A stretch of DNA of 62,758 nt from contig JAFGSS010000001.1 of NCBI GenBank assembly GCA_016934555.1, positions 1 through 62,758 on the forward strand, given 5' to 3'. Positions 46,900-57,592 of the stretch are shown in pieces (positions within the stretch are counted from its first letter, which is position 1; each line of letters starts with the position of its first letter). This DNA comes from Acidobacteriota bacterium (GTDB lineage Bacteria; Acidobacteriota; UBA6911). Under the pieces are notes generated by a model that saw only the letters and a program-made list of their open reading frames with translations, ran no database searches and was not told where the DNA came from. A program made the translations under genes and the position numbers.

Positions 46900-49233
46900 A
46901 TGCAGATCACCATCCAGGGAGCGGTCCAGGGGGTTGGTTTCCGCCCTTTTATCCACAGGCTCGCTTCCGGGATGGGTCTCACCGGATCGGTCCGGAATTC
47001 CTCCCAGGGGGTTTTCATCGAGGTCGAAGGGGAACCACCGTTGCTCGACTCCTTCCTCCTGCGGATCGAAAGGGAGAAGCCGGAGCTCTCCTTCATCCAG
47101 AGCCTGGAATTCTCCATCCTCGACCCGGTCTTCTTCCGGGGGTTTACAATCGGGCCGAGCGAAGCGGCGGGGGAGACCAACGCCCTGATCCTGCCCGACA
47201 TCGCCACCTGCGACGACTGCGCCCGCGAAATCATGGACCCCTCCAACCGCCGCTACCGCTATCCGTTCACCAACTGCACCCGCTGCGGTCCACGCTTCAC
47301 CATCATCGAATCCCTCCCGTACGACCGGCCCAACACCTCCATGAAGTCATTCGAGATGTGCCCCCGGTGCCGGGCCGAGTACGAAGACCCGGCTGACCGA
47401 CGTTTCCACGCGCAGCCGAACGCCTGCCCCGTGTGCGGCCCTCGGCTCGAGCTACGCGACGGCGCGGGACGGACCGTCGCCGAAGACGGCGGGGCGCTCG
47501 AGGCGGCGGCCGGGGCGGTGCTCGGGGGGAAGGTCGTCGCCGTGAAGGGCCTGGGGGGCTTTCACCTCATCGCCGACGCCACCCGGGCCGGATCGGTCGA
47601 AACCCTCCGGCAAAGGAAGCACCGGGAGCAGAAGCCCTTCGCCCTCATGTTCCCCTCGCTCGACGCCGTGCGCGCCGAGTGCCTCGTCTCCCCGCTCGAG
47701 GAGCGGGGGCTCCGGTCCCCCCAGTCGCCCATCGTCCTGCTCGCGAGGAGAACGGATCTCCCGTCGTCCCTGGCCGAAGGAGTCGCCCCGGGCAATCCCT
47801 TCCTGGGGGTGATGCTGCCCTACACCCCGCTGCACCACCTGCTGATGCACGAGATCGGCCGCCCCGTCATCGCCACCAGCGGGAACCTCGCGGACGAACC
47901 GATCTGCATAGACGAGGCCGAAGCCCTCGGGCGCCTCGAGGGGATCGCCGATCTTTTTCTCGTGCACGACCGGCCCATCGTGCGGCACGCGGACGATTCC
48001 ATCGTCCGGATCGTCCTCGGGCGCGAGCTCGTAGTGCGCAGGGCCCGCGGCTACGCCCCCCTTCCCCTGCGTCCGCACGGGATCGTTTCCGACATCCTCG
48101 CCGTCGGCGGGCACCTGAAAAACACCATCGCCGTTTCCGTCGCCGGGAATGTTTTCCTCAGCCAGCACATCGGGGACCTGGAAACGGAGCAGTCGGGCAG
48201 GGCCTTCCGCGGGGCGATCGAGAGTTTCCTGCGCCTCTACCCGGTGCGGCCGAAGTGGATCGCAGCCGACATGCATCCCGATTACGCCTCGAGCCGGTAC
48301 GCCCGGGCGGCGGGCATCCCGCTCATCGAAATCCAGCACCACCACGCCCACGTCGCCGCCTGCATGGCGGAGAACGAACTGGAGGGAGATGTCCTCGGGG
48401 TGTGCTGGGACGGCACCGGATACGGGGAGGACGGCACCGTCTGGGGAGGGGAATTTCTGCGGACGGAAGGGACCGGGTTCGCCCGGGTGGCCGCAGTGCG
48501 CCGGTTCCGTCTGCCGGGGAGCGCCGCGGCGGTCCAGGAACCGCGGCGCTCGGCCCTCGGGGTGCTGTACGAGATCCTGGGCGATGCCGTCTTCGGGGAA
48601 ACCGATCTCGCGCCGGTCCGGGCCTTCAGCGCGGCCGAGATCCCCGTCCTCCGCACTATGCTGCGCCGGGGCATCCACTCCCCCTGGACGACGAGCGCGG
48701 GGCGGCTTTTCGACGCGGTGGCGTCCCTTGCCGGGTTGCGCCAGAAGCTCCGGTTCGAGGGCCAGGCGGCCATGGAGCTGGAGTTCGCCGCGGAGGGGAC
48801 GGGAGGGGGCGCCTACCCCTTCGGGCTTCTGGACCCGGAGCGCGCCGGGGCGGGAGCCCTCGGCGTGGACTGGGAACCGCTGATCCGGGCCGTCATCGCC
48901 GATGTCCGCGCCTCCGTCCCCCCGGCGGAAATCTCCGGGAGGTTTCACAACGCGCTGGCCGACATCATCGTGGCGGTGGCGCAGAGGGTGGGAGTCCCGC
49001 GCGTAGCCTTGACCGGGGGCTGCTTCCAAAACAAAATACTGTTGGAGCGGGCCGTGGGGAGGCTGCGGGAGGAGGGGTTCTGCCCCTACTGGCACCAGCG
49101 GATTCCTCCCAACGACGGCGGCATCGCGCTGGGACAGATCGCGGCGGCGTCGCGGATTCTCGGCAAGGGCGAAACGAACGAGTTCATAATCAGAGGAGGG
49201 GGCCATGTGCCTGGCGGTTCCGGGAAAGATTGA
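46900..49233 (+). CDS. hypF: Carbamoyltransferase HypF
   Basis: Acylphosphatase domain (IQGAVQGVGFRPFIHRLA), two zinc fingers (CDDCAREIMDPSNRRYRYPFTNCTRCGPRFTI; CPRCRAEYEDPADRRFHAQPNACPVCGPRL), and YrdC and Kae1-like domains. Confidence 0.9.
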   Translation: MQITIQGAVQGVGFRPFIHRLASGMGLTGSVRNSSQGVFIEVEGEPPLLDSFLLRIEREKPELSFIQSLEFSILDPVFFRGFTIGPSEAAGETNALILPDIATCDDCAREIMDPSNRRYRYPFTNCTRCGPRFTIIESLPYDRPNTSMKSFEMCPRCRAEYEDPADRRFHAQPNACPVCGPRLELRDGAGRTVAEDGGALEAAAGAVLGGKVVAVKGLGGFHLIADATRAGSVETLRQRKHREQKPFALMFPSLDAVRAECLVSPLEERGLRSPQSPIVLLARRTDLPSSLAEGVAPGNPFLGVMLPYTPLHHLLMHEIGRPVIATSGNLADEPICIDEAEALGRLEGIADLFLVHDRPIVRHADDSIVRIVLGRELVVRRARGYAPLPLRPHGIVSDILAVGGHLKNTIAVSVAGNVFLSQHIGDLETEQSGRAFRGAIESFLRLYPVRPKWIAADMHPDYASSRYARAAGIPLIEIQHHHAHVAACMAENELEGDVLGVCWDGTGYGEDGTVWGGEFLRTEGTGFARVAAVRRFRLPGSAAAVQEPRRSALGVLYEILGDAVFGETDLAPVRAFSAAEIPVLRTMLRRGIHSPWTTSAGRLFDAVASLAGLRQKLRFEGQAAMELEFAAEGTGGGAYPFGLLDPERAGAGALGVDWEPLIRAVIADVRASVPPAEISGRFHNALADIIVAVAQRVGVPRVALTGGCFQNKILLERAVGRLREEGFCPYWHQRIPPNDGGIALGQIAAASRILGKGETNEFIIRGGGHVPGGSGKD

Positions 49234-49453
49234 GAGCATCGACAGCACCGATCCGGTGTTTCGCAGCGGAAAGGTCAATTTCGGCGGGATCCTCAAGGAG
49301 GTCAACCTCGCCTACGTGCCGGAGGCGAACATCGGCGATTACGTCCTCGTGCATGTCGGGTTCGCCATCAGCACCATAGACGAGGCGCAGGCGAAGGAAA
49401 CACTCTCGTACCTCGAGGAGATCGACCGGCTGGCCGGGGTGGAGAACGGATGA
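49205..49453 (+). CDS. hypC: Hydrogenase assembly chaperone HypC
   Basis: The [10 protein letters not shown]-terminus is diagnostic for HypC/HupF. Confidence 0.9.
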   Translation: MCLAVPGKIESIDSTDPVFRSGKVNFGGILKEVNLAYVPEANIGDYVLVHVGFAISTIDEAQAKETLSYLEEIDRLAGVENG

Positions 49454-50541
49454 AGCATATCGACGAGTACCGCGACGGGACCGCCGCCCGGGCCTACGCG
49501 GAGGCGATCGCCAGGATCACCACCCGGCCCTGGACGATCATGGAAGTATGCGGCGGACAGACCCATTCCATCGTCAAGTTCGGCATCGACGAGCTGCTCC
49601 CCCCCGCCGTCACCCTGGTCCACGGCCCCGGGTGCCCCGTATGCGTCACGGCGCTCGAGTATGTCGAAAAGGCGATCGAAATCGCCTCCCTCCCCGGGGT
49701 CCTGTTCTGTTCCTTCGGGGACATGCTGCGGGTCCCGGGGATTTCCCGGGACCTTCTCTCGGTAAAAGCGTCGGGAGGGGACGTGCGGATCGTCTATTCG
49801 CCCCTGGACGCGCTCAGGCTGGCCGCGGACCATCCCGACCGCGAGGTCGTATTCTTTGCCGTGGGGTTCGAGACCACGGCGCCCGCCGTCGCCATGGCCG
49901 CCTGGCAGGCCGTCCGGCAGGGGGCGCGCAATTTTTCCATGCTGGTGTCCCACGTGCGGGTCCCCCCGGCCATGGAAGCGGTCCTCTCGTCCCCCGACAA
50001 CCGGGTCCAGGGCTTCCTGGCGGCGGGTCATGTGTGCGCCGTGATGGGAACGGCCGAATACGGGCCGATCGCCTCCCGCTACCATATCCCCATCGTCGTC
50101 ACGGGATTCGAACCGGTCGATATCCTGCAGGGGCTTTACATGTGCCTCCGGCAGCTCGAACAGGGGCGGGCGGAGGTGGAAAACCAGTACTCCCGCTCGG
50201 TGCGCCCCGAAGGGAACCCCGCCGCCCGGAAGCTGATGGGGGAGATATTCCGGGTGGTCCCGCGCAAGTGGCGCGGGATCGGGGAAATCGCCCAAAGCGG
50301 CCTGGGCCTCAGGGAGAAATATGCCGGGCTCGACGCCGAGACCCGGTTCGGGGTCGCCCATCGCACGACCGAGGAGCCGCCGGAGTGCCGGAGCGGCCTG
50401 GTCCTGCAGGGGATTCTGAAGCCCCGCGAATGCCCCGAGTTCGGCACCCGATGCACCCCGGAACACCCCCTGGGAGCGACGATGGTGTCTTCCGAGGGGG
50501 CCTGCGCCGCCTACTATCATTACCGGAGAAGAAGAAGCTGA
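49450..50541 (+). CDS. hypD: Hydrogenase formation protein HypD
   Basis: [20 protein letters not shown] and GFETTAP motifs. The ATG overlaps the hypC stop. Confidence 0.9.
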   Translation: MKHIDEYRDGTAARAYAEAIARITTRPWTIMEVCGGQTHSIVKFGIDELLPPAVTLVHGPGCPVCVTALEYVEKAIEIASLPGVLFCSFGDMLRVPGISRDLLSVKASGGDVRIVYSPLDALRLAADHPDREVVFFAVGFETTAPAVAMAAWQAVRQGARNFSMLVSHVRVPPAMEAVLSSPDNRVQGFLAAGHVCAVMGTAEYGPIASRYHIPIVVTGFEPVDILQGLYMCLRQLEQGRAEVENQYSRSVRPEGNPAARKLMGEIFRVVPRKWRGIGEIAQSGLGLREKYAGLDAETRFGVAHRTTEEPPECRSGLVLQGILKPRECPEFGTRCTPEHPLGATMVSSEGACAAYYHYRRRRS

Positions 50542-50567
50542 CATCCACCCATCCAGAGGGAGCCATC

Positions 50568-51617
50568 GTGAAGACCGGTAACTCGTTTGTCTGTCCCATA
50601 CCCATTCGACAGTATCCCCAGGTGCTGCTGGCCCACGGCGGCGGGGGAACCCTGACGCACCAGCTGATCGAAAAGATGTTTCTCCCCGCTTTCGGCAACC
50701 CCCTTCTCGGCGCCCGGCACGACGGGGCGGTCTTCGACCCGCCCGAGGGCCGGATGGCGTTCACGACCGACTCCTACGTGGTCCGTCCCCTCTTTTTCCC
50801 GGGCGGCGACATCGGCACCCTTGCGGTCAACGGCACCGTGAACGACCTGGCGATGTGCGGCGCCCGCCCGCTCTACCTGAGCGCCGGCTTCATCATCGAG
50901 GAGGGGCTCCCGATGGACACCCTCTGGAGGGTGGTCCAATCGATGAAGCGGGCGGCCGACGACGCCGGTGTCCAGATCGTCACGGGGGACACCAAGGTCG
51001 TGGACCGGGGGAAGGGGGACGGGATCTTCATCAATACGGCGGGGGTCGGCGCCGTCCCTCCCGGCCGCGCCATATCCCCCTCGGCGGTGCGGGAGGGGGA
51101 CCGGATCCTGCTCAGCGGGGATATCGGCCGGCATGGGATCGCCATCATGGCCGTACGCGAGGGGCTGGAGTTCGAAACCACCATCACGAGCGACTGCGCC
51201 CCGCTCGCCGGGATCGTGGAGTCGCTCTGCGAGGCCGGGATCGACATCCACTGCATGCGCGACCTCACCCGGGGCGGGCTGGCCAGCACGCTGGTGGAAA
51301 TCGCCGAAGCCACCGCCCTGCAGTGCGAAATCGAGGAGGCGTCGGTGCCCATCCGGGAAGAGGTCCGCGCGGCGTGCGAAATCCTCGGGTTCGACCCCCT
51401 CTATGTGGCCAACGAGGGACGCTTCGCCGCCTTCGTTCCCCCGGACCAGGCCGAAAGGGCCATCGACCTGATGCGGAGGCACCCGCTGGGGGCCGGCGCC
51501 GACATCATCGGGACGGTGAAGACAGGCAGCCCGGGGCTGGCCACCCTCCGCAGCCTCATCGGGGCCACCCGCGTCATCGACATGCTCAGCGGCGAGCAGC
51601 TTCCCCGCATCTGTTGA
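50568..51617 (+). CDS. hypE: Hydrogenase maturation protein HypE
   Basis: GTG at 50568 follows AGAGGGAG. AIR-synthase-like fold (AHGGGG, GDTKVV) and the diagnostic C-terminus PRIC. Confidence 0.9.
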   Translation: MKTGNSFVCPIPIRQYPQVLLAHGGGGTLTHQLIEKMFLPAFGNPLLGARHDGAVFDPPEGRMAFTTDSYVVRPLFFPGGDIGTLAVNGTVNDLAMCGARPLYLSAGFIIEEGLPMDTLWRVVQSMKRAADDAGVQIVTGDTKVVDRGKGDGIFINTAGVGAVPPGRAISPSAVREGDRILLSGDIGRHGIAIMAVREGLEFETTITSDCAPLAGIVESLCEAGIDIHCMRDLTRGGLASTLVEIAEATALQCEIEEASVPIREEVRAACEILGFDPLYVANEGRFAAFVPPDQAERAIDLMRRHPLGAGADIIGTVKTGSPGLATLRSLIGATRVIDMLSGEQLPRIC

Positions 51618-52254
51618 GACGCGTGGCGGAGCGGGACAGCCTCATCCGTTTCAGCCGCTCGAATTCGGCCCGGTCCTGAAACAGGCGGATGCCCGCAATC
51701 CCCCTGGCCCCGGCATCCATGACGGGGCCGAGCCGTTCCGGCTTCATCCCCCCGAGCCCGAAAACCGGCAGCGAGGTCGCGGCACAGGCCCGGGCGAGGA
51801 AACCGAGCCCAAGGCTGGGGCCCATCCCCTCCTTGGAGGGGGTGGGGAAGAGGTGCCCGGCAAGGACATAATCGGCCCCCGCGGCCGCCGCCTTCCGGAT
51901 CTCGGCCAGCGAGTGGACCGAAACGCCGACCAGGAATCCTTCCGGACTCCATCCCCTCACGTCCGCGACCCCCATCCCGGTGCCGGGGAGGTGCACCCCG
52001 CAGGCACCCGCGGCCAGGGCGATGTCGGCCCTGCCGTTGACCAGGACCCGGCACCCGGTGCCGCGGGCCATGCCCACGATCTTCCGGACGAGCGCGTACA
52101 GGTCGCGGTCCGGCAGGTCCTTTTCCCGGACCTGGATGAAGTCCACTCCCCAGGCGAGCGCCCGGCGGACGCAGACGGCGAAGGAGCGCCCGTCGAGCCG
52201 GCGCCGGTCGGTGATGTAATAGAAGAGCGGGCGCTCAGCGTGAAAACAACCCAT
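51586..52254 (-). CDS. thiE: Thiamine-phosphate synthase
   Basis: [24 protein letters not shown] and PVFGLGG. Its 3' end overlaps the convergent hypE by 32 nt. Confidence 0.85.
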   Translation of the reverse strand: MGCFHAERPLFYYITDRRRLDGRSFAVCVRRALAWGVDFIQVREKDLPDRDLYALVRKIVGMARGTGCRVLVNGRADIALAAGACGVHLPGTGMGVADVRGWSPEGFLVGVSVHSLAEIRKAAAAGADYVLAGHLFPTPSKEGMGPSLGLGFLARACAATSLPVFGLGGMKPERLGPVMDAGARGIAGIRLFQDRAEFERLKRMRLSRSATRLNRCGEAARR

Positions 52255-52492
52255 GGGACGCGCTCCTCCAGTGAAGGACTTCGTGGAGGCCGATCAGGAT
52301 GCTGTCGACCCCCAGGCCCAGCACCGCCCCCTTGAAGAAGGGGTTGGTGACGACGGGCTCGATCTGCGGGCAGAGGTAGAGCACAAGGTTGTTGTCCCAG
52401 ATGCCGAGCCACGGGAGCAGCAGCAGGGCCACGCCGACTTCCAGCGAATAGAGGATGTAGATGACGTTGAAGATCCTGGCGGTCATTCGCAC
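52235..52492 (-). CDS. Small hypothetical membrane protein
   Basis: Two predicted hydrophobic helices (IFNVIYILYSLEVGVALLLLPWLGIW; AVLGLGVDSILIGL). No recognisable family. Confidence 0.4.
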   Translation of the reverse strand: MRMTARIFNVIYILYSLEVGVALLLLPWLGIWDNNLVLYLCPQIEPVVTNPFFKGAVLGLGVDSILIGLHEVLHWRSASHGLFSR

Positions 52493-52548
52493 GCGCGGCC
52501 TATTCCCAATCCTCGGGCGATACCCGGACCCGGAGCGCGCACCCCCGG

Positions 52549-55095
52549 CTACCGGCCGTTCAGCCCGCTCCTGAGCTCGTCGATTCGTTGCGCGACATCC
52601 CGGTATCCGGGATCCTGGCTGAAGATCCCGTCAAAGCATTCCATCGCCCGGTCGGCGCTCCCGGCCATGGCATGGGCGATCCCCATGTCGTAGCGGAAGG
52701 CGAGGGCTTCGTGGGACGAAGGCTCCGTAAGGTCCAGACCGGTCTGGCACCAGCGGATGACCGAACGGGGCATGTCCTTCTTCAAGAAACAGGTGCTCAG
52801 CATCCCGCAGCACTGGATCACCTGGGGGTCCCCCTTGCGCATCTCGATCCCCTTGAGGGCGGCTTCGAATTCCTTGATCGCCTCGTCCGTCAGTTCCATG
52901 TCCCGGTAGGCTATGCCCAGGCTGAAGTGCTCTTCAAAGGACGCGCGGGCGGCCTCCTGAATCTCGGGAGAACGGACCTCGTCCATCAGGTCCGCGAACA
53001 TCTCGTTGAAGGAGGGATCGGTCCCGGCGGTGTCCCCGTGCCCTGCCGAATCCGCGGCGGCGTCGACGTCGACGATCTCGAAGGACTCCTGCAGCCCGTC
53101 GTCCGGCGGGGTTTCGGGGTGGTCGAAAAGCGCGCTCTCACCCCCGGCATAACCGGCGGGGCCTTCCCCGGCATCCGGCTTCGGTCCGCCCAGCTTTTCA
53201 TAGCGGGAAGCGAGTTCGGGGTGCCCGGGGTGGGAGCGGGCGATTTCGGCAAGCTTCGAATGCGCTTCATCCTCGAACCCGAGCCGGATGTAGAAATCGA
53301 CTTCCTGGAACTGCTCCTCCAGCGACTTGCCGGATGCGGCGGCGAAAGCCCCGGCTTCCATCCCGTCCGCGGCGGCGCCCTCTCCGCCGCAGGGAAGCGG
53401 GCCCTCCGCCATGAACTCGTCGAGCAGGTCTCCCGAAAGGTCCTCCTCCGTCGGCGACTCCGCGGACCGTTCCTTGAATCGGCCTTTCACCGTCTCCGGA
53501 TCGATCCCCCGGCTGCGGGCGTATTCGGCCAGGTCGATGTCGCCGCCGGCCGTGCCCCGGTCCAGTTGCGCGGCTTCCGCCAGGTAATTCCGGCACGAGG
53601 CCTCGCTCCCTTCCGCCTGGTACAGGGCGGCCAGCAGCAGGCACTGTTCGGCCGCCTCGGCCGGACGGTCCTCCGATTTATAAAAGGAGAGCAGCCGGAC
53701 CCGGACCTCCTTGTCGCAGGGATTGCGCCGCTGGAGGTTTTCGAGCAGGCTCAGCGCCTTGTCCTTCAACCCGTAATTGAGAAGGAGATCGACCTCCACG
53801 ACATTTTCCGAGGGGCTCTCACCGGACAGGTCGCCATATTCCTTCTTGGCCAGGGGCGCGTGGGATTCGGCGCCCGATTCCCCGGGCCCCTCCGCGGGAG
53901 GCGCATAGGGGACATCGGGATAGGCGGCCGTAAAGGCTTCATAGTGCAGTTGCCGATGTTTCTCGCTGTCGGGGTCGGAATGAAGGATCTTCTCGATATG
54001 CTCGAGGGCTTCGATGGGGCTGCCCTGGCTCATGAAGTGATCGGCCAGCTGATCCTGGACCGAGAGGCAGCGCGCGGAATCGCCGGTCGCGGAATAGAGG
54101 GTGGCGAGGCGTACCAGGGCGGGCGCGTACCCGGGATCCTTCTCGAGGATCTGCTCGCACACGTCCACCGCACGCCCGGTCTCCCGCCTCGTGATGAGGG
54201 TGGGGATGATGGTATCCAAACACTCTATCGCTTCGTCGTACGCCCCCTTTTCGACCAGGGCGGCGGCGGCCGGGAAGAAGCTCTGGTAACGGGACTCGTC
54301 AAGGGAAAACGCCACCTTGTAGGCTTTTATGGCCGATTCCGTGTCCCCCGTTTCCATGCACGCGCGCCCCAGCATTTCGCGCAGGTCCGGGTTGTCCGGG
54401 GCCGCGGTCACCGATTTTTTCAGCAGTTCCAGGGCGGAGGCGGGATCCCCCGTCCTGAGGGAGCAGTCGAAAAATCCCTTCAGGGCGTCCAGGTCGAGCG
54501 AATCCAGCTCGATGGCGGCCCGGTACGATTCGAGCGCTCCGGCGGCATCCCCCGCCTTGGCCTGGGCACGGGCGGCCCCGGCCCAGTGCAGGCGGGCCTT
54601 TTCCCCGCTCCCCTCGGCGAGGTGGAGCTGGGCCAGCTTCCGCCGGATCCCGATGTTCAGGGGGTCGAGCTCCGCGATTTTCTCGTAGATTTCCAGGGAC
54701 TCCCGCGTCTTTCCTTCCCGCTCCAGCAGATCGATCACCCGCTGGTACTGCCGGCACGCGTCCATGCCGAGCCCCTGCTTGGCGTACAGCGACGCCATGG
54801 TGGAGTTGACCCCGATGTTGTCGGGGTCGGAGCTGAGGATCTTCTTATAGACGGCGATCGCCTTGAGGAAGAAATTGTTGTTGACGTAGGCTTCCGCCAC
54901 CCGCGAAAAAAAACGGTTGGCCTCCGCCACGTCCTTCTGCCGCAGATAGAGGTCGCCTATCGTGTTGAGGATGAGAACGTCGTCGGGATCGAGCTCGACG
55001 ATCTTCCGGTACTCGGCGATCGCCAGGCGGATCTTCCCGTGGAGCACGTACCTTTCAGCGTCTTCCAGTAATTTGGCTTTGCTATCAGCGGCCAC
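52549..55095 (-). CDS. Large TPR-repeat protein
   Basis: Many TPR units (e.g. AIAEYRKIVELDPDDVLILNTIGDLYLRQKDVAEANRFFSRVAEAY) at both termini, with an acidic low-complexity central region. Confidence 0.75.
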   Translation of the reverse strand: MAADSKAKLLEDAERYVLHGKIRLAIAEYRKIVELDPDDVLILNTIGDLYLRQKDVAEANRFFSRVAEAYVNNNFFLKAIAVYKKILSSDPDNIGVNSTMASLYAKQGLGMDACRQYQRVIDLLEREGKTRESLEIYEKIAELDPLNIGIRRKLAQLHLAEGSGEKARLHWAGAARAQAKAGDAAGALESYRAAIELDSLDLDALKGFFDCSLRTGDPASALELLKKSVTAAPDNPDLREMLGRACMETGDTESAIKAYKVAFSLDESRYQSFFPAAAALVEKGAYDEAIECLDTIIPTLITRRETGRAVDVCEQILEKDPGYAPALVRLATLYSATGDSARCLSVQDQLADHFMSQGSPIEALEHIEKILHSDPDSEKHRQLHYEAFTAAYPDVPYAPPAEGPGESGAESHAPLAKKEYGDLSGESPSENVVEVDLLLNYGLKDKALSLLENLQRRNPCDKEVRVRLLSFYKSEDRPAEAAEQCLLLAALYQAEGSEASCRNYLAEAAQLDRGTAGGDIDLAEYARSRGIDPETVKGRFKERSAESPTEEDLSGDLLDEFMAEGPLPCGGEGAAADGMEAGAFAAASGKSLEEQFQEVDFYIRLGFEDEAHSKLAEIARSHPGHPELASRYEKLGGPKPDAGEGPAGYAGGESALFDHPETPPDDGLQESFEIVDVDAAADSAGHGDTAGTDPSFNEMFADLMDEVRSPEIQEAARASFEEHFSLGIAYRDMELTDEAIKEFEAALKGIEMRKGDPQVIQCCGMLSTCFLKKDMPRSVIRWCQTGLDLTEPSSHEALAFRYDMGIAHAMAGSADRAMECFDGIFSQDPGYRDVAQRIDELRSGLNGR

Positions 55096-55183
55096 CGTAC
55101 TTCCCCCCCAGCAAACGCTTTCTCAGACTTCTGCAAGTCGCCAGTGACGGCAAGCACAACGCCGGCTCCGCGGGCGCTTCCGG

Positions 55184-55561
55184 CTATGGGGCCGGAGGCG
55201 CTTGAGGAGCGCGGGCGGTTCTCCCGGCTTCCTTCAACCGGGCGGCCTTGCCCCGGCGACCCCGGAGAAAATACAGGCGTGCGCGGCGCACTTTTCCGCT
55301 CTTGACCACCTCCATCTTTTCGATGATGGGGGAATGCACCGGGAAGATGCGCTCGATGCCGTATCCGGAGGAAACCTTTCGAACCGTGAAAGTCGAAGAA
55401 ATGCCGTTGTTTTTGTGGGCTATGACGACACCCTCGAACACCTGGATACGGTATTTGTCCCCTTCCTTGATCTTCACGTGAACCTTTACCGTATCTCCTG
55501 GACGGAAGCGGGGAAGATCGGTTCGCATTTGGGAGCTTTCCACTGCCCGAAGTAAATCCAT
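55184..55561 (-). CDS. rplS: 50S ribosomal protein L19
   Basis: [31 protein letters not shown]...[18 protein letters not shown]. Confidence 0.95.
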   Translation of the reverse strand: MDLLRAVESSQMRTDLPRFRPGDTVKVHVKIKEGDKYRIQVFEGVVIAHKNNGISSTFTVRKVSSGYGIERIFPVHSPIIEKMEVVKSGKVRRARLYFLRGRRGKAARLKEAGRTARAPQAPPAP

Positions 55562-55573
55562 GACTATGACTCC

Positions 55574-56272
55574 TTAATTTTGGGCCAACCGCTCGTTGAT
55601 CAGCTCCGGGCGGGCCCGTTTCGTTTTCTCCAGAGCTTGTTCCTTACGCCACTCGGCTATTCTCGCATGATCCCCCGAAAGGAGCACTTCCGGAACCGTG
55701 TGTCCCCGGTATTCGGCGGGCCGCGTATACTGCGGATAATCAAGCAACCCGCTCGAAAAACTCTCATTTGCGGCCGATTCGGGGCATCCGAGGGCGCCGG
55801 GAATCAGCCGCACGATCGAGTCAAGGAGCACCATGGCCGGGATTTCTCCGCCGGTCAGGACGAAATCTCCGATAGAGATCTCCTGATCCACGAGATGATC
55901 TATCACCCGCTGGTCCACTCCTTCGTATCGGCCGCAGACCAGGATCAGATGCGGAATTGTGGAAAATTCCGCGGCCAGGTCCTGGGACCAGGGCTTCCCC
56001 TGGGGGGACAACAGGACCACCCGGCTCCTCCCCTTCTCCCCCGACTCCAAGCACGCCTCTATCGCCTCGAAAAGCGGGGCCGGCATGAACACCATCCCCT
56101 CGCCTCCGCCGTAGGGGCGGTCGTCCACCGACCGGTGCCTGTCCCGGGCGAAATCCCTGAGGTTGACGAGCCGGACATCGGCCAGCCCCGACTGCCGGGC
56201 CCGGCGAATTATGCCACAATCCAGCACGCCCGTGAACAGCTCGGGAAAAACCGTTATGATATCAAACCTCAT
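55574..56272 (-). CDS. trmD: tRNA (guanine37-N1)-methyltransferase
   Basis: MRFDIITVFPELF...DDRPYGGGEGMV...LVCGRYEGVDQRV...SIGDFVLTGGE. Confidence 0.95.
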   Translation of the reverse strand: MRFDIITVFPELFTGVLDCGIIRRARQSGLADVRLVNLRDFARDRHRSVDDRPYGGGEGMVFMPAPLFEAIEACLESGEKGRSRVVLLSPQGKPWSQDLAAEFSTIPHLILVCGRYEGVDQRVIDHLVDQEISIGDFVLTGGEIPAMVLLDSIVRLIPGALGCPESAANESFSSGLLDYPQYTRPAEYRGHTVPEVLLSGDHARIAEWRKEQALEKTKRARPELINERLAQN

Positions 56273-56799
56273 TTGCCCAGGTCCATCAATCCTTCCGGGG
56301 GGTCCACCCATATCCGCTTCTCTTCAACCGATATCCTGACACAGATGGGGTCCACGGCGGGGATCAGGAATTCCCGCTCCCCCAGCCCGACCACCAGCTG
56401 GGTGTTTCCGGCGATGTGCAGGATCCCGCGCACGCTGCCGAGCGGGTTCCCCTCGAGGTCCTCGACCCGGCACCCGACGAGGTCGTGATCGTAATAGGTC
56501 CCTTCGGGGAGGTCCATCATCCGGTCTCCCGGTATCAGGACCCAACAGTTGACGTACTCTTCCGCGGCGCCGATGCTGTCCACGCCGGCGAACTTCAGCA
56601 CCCTGCGCCCCCGGTAGTCCCACGAGTCCTCGAGGGCCAGCCGTTTTCTCGCGCCGCCGGCGGACTCCACCCACACCTCGTCCAGGCCGTCAAAACGATC
56701 GGGAAAATCGGTGTGCAGCTCCGCCAGGACCTCTCCCCGGTTTCCCCTGGTCCTGGCGATTCTGGCGATGGCGATAAAAGGAGGTGTTCCCTGTCCCAC
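56269..56799 (-). CDS. rimM: 16S rRNA processing protein RimM
   Basis: IAIARIARTRGNRGEV and a C-terminal PRC-barrel region. I prefer the GTG at 56799, which overlaps the KH gene stop by 1 nt, over the track start at 56871. Confidence 0.8.
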   Translation of the reverse strand: MGQGTPPFIAIARIARTRGNRGEVLAELHTDFPDRFDGLDEVWVESAGGARKRLALEDSWDYRGRRVLKFAGVDSIGAAEEYVNCWVLIPGDRMMDLPEGTYYDHDLVGCRVEDLEGNPLGSVRGILHIAGNTQLVVGLGEREFLIPAVDPICVRISVEEKRIWVDPPEGLMDLGK

Positions 56800-57029
56800 T
56801 ATTCCAGGATTTCCAGGACAAACCGTTTCTTGAGTTTCATGCCTGCCGCACCCAGAAGAGTGCGGATGCATCGGGCGGTCCGACCCTGCTTGCCGATTAC
56901 CTTGCCCAGGTCGCTCGGGGCTACACGAAGCTCCAGAACCGTCGTCTGCTCTCCCTCGACCTCGGTCACCGCAACCTGTTCGGGATTATCCACAAGCGCT
57001 TTCGCGATCAATTCCACCAGCTCTTTCAT
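56799..57029 (-). CDS. KH-domain RNA-binding protein (YlqC/UPF0109)
   Basis: GGAGGAGG lies before the ATG at 57029. The KH motif reads [19 protein letters not shown]. Confidence 0.85.
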   Translation of the reverse strand: MKELVELIAKALVDNPEQVAVTEVEGEQTTVLELRVAPSDLGKVIGKQGRTARCIRTLLGAAGMKLKKRFVLEILE

Positions 57030-57110
57030 ACGCGCCTCCTCCGAGACCACTCGAAATCATCCAGCAGAAAGCTCACCCGGGCATCGCTGCAGAAATGGAA
57101 GAACGCGGCA

Positions 57111-57368
57111 TCAACTGGCGGCTGCGGGGGCGGGCGGCGCGGCCTTTTTCAACAGGGAATTCACCGTATCCGAAGGTTTCGCACCGCATGCCAGCCAGTG
57201 GTGCACTCTGTCCATGTTCAACTCGACCAGCGGCGGGTCCGTCTTCGGATTGTAGTGTCCGAGGATCTCCACGAAACTCCCGTCCCGGGCCTGTCTTTGC
57301 TCCATAACCACCACCCGATAAAAGGGCTTCTTCTTCGCCCCCATGCGCGTCAAACGTATTCTAAGCAA
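57111..57368 (-). CDS. rpsP: 30S ribosomal protein S16
   Basis: LRIRLTRMGAKKKPFYRVVV...LGHYNP. The likely TTG start at 57368 is preceded by AGGAGG. The track start is 57404. Confidence 0.9.
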   Translation of the reverse strand: MLRIRLTRMGAKKKPFYRVVVMEQRQARDGSFVEILGHYNPKTDPPLVELNMDRVHHWLACGAKPSDTVNSLLKKAAPPAPAAAS

Positions 57369-57592
57369 AACGCCTCCTCGTATCCTGAGATCGTCAACCC
57401 GCAACGTGCGTGCGGTCTAAACCATGCTAATTCTGGCACATAAAAAGACCGGATTCAACTGCCGCGGAAACCCGGCCGGAGGGCCGGGGTGCGGCCAGAA
57501 GGCCGGCCCGACGTAAATCCATGATTTCCTGCAACTTACTGAATCATACCGGTCCCCGACCGCCGGCCGTTCCGGCGCCCGGGCCCTCCCGG

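Noticed and set aside
50103-50114. GGTTCGAATCCC (minus strand), a tRNA T-arm-like sequence
   Set aside because: It lies inside the well-supported hypD coding sequence (VTGFEPV). The flanking bases give only 4 of 5 T-stem pairs, and I could trace no acceptor or anticodon arms.
49548-50567. N-terminal extension of the hypE ORF (track ORF 49548-51617, 689 aa)
   Set aside because: The extension overlaps hypD in another frame and has Arg/Pro/Gly composition. HypE homology starts at the GTG at 50568, which has its own RBS.
50568-51617. Possible selenophosphate synthetase SelD, considered because of the selenium theme
   Set aside because: The C-terminus ends in PRIC, the HypE hallmark cysteine. 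The gene lies within the hypABFCDE cluster. There is no N-terminal Cys/Sec-containing glycine-rich SelD loop.
52588-55071. An 827-aa plus-strand ORF opposite the large TPR gene. Similar cases are 47452-49305 (antisense to hypF), 15505-17496 (antisense to top6B) and 59047-60924 (antisense to selB).
   Set aside because: All are antisense to genes with strong family motifs and show the same low-complexity GC-driven composition.
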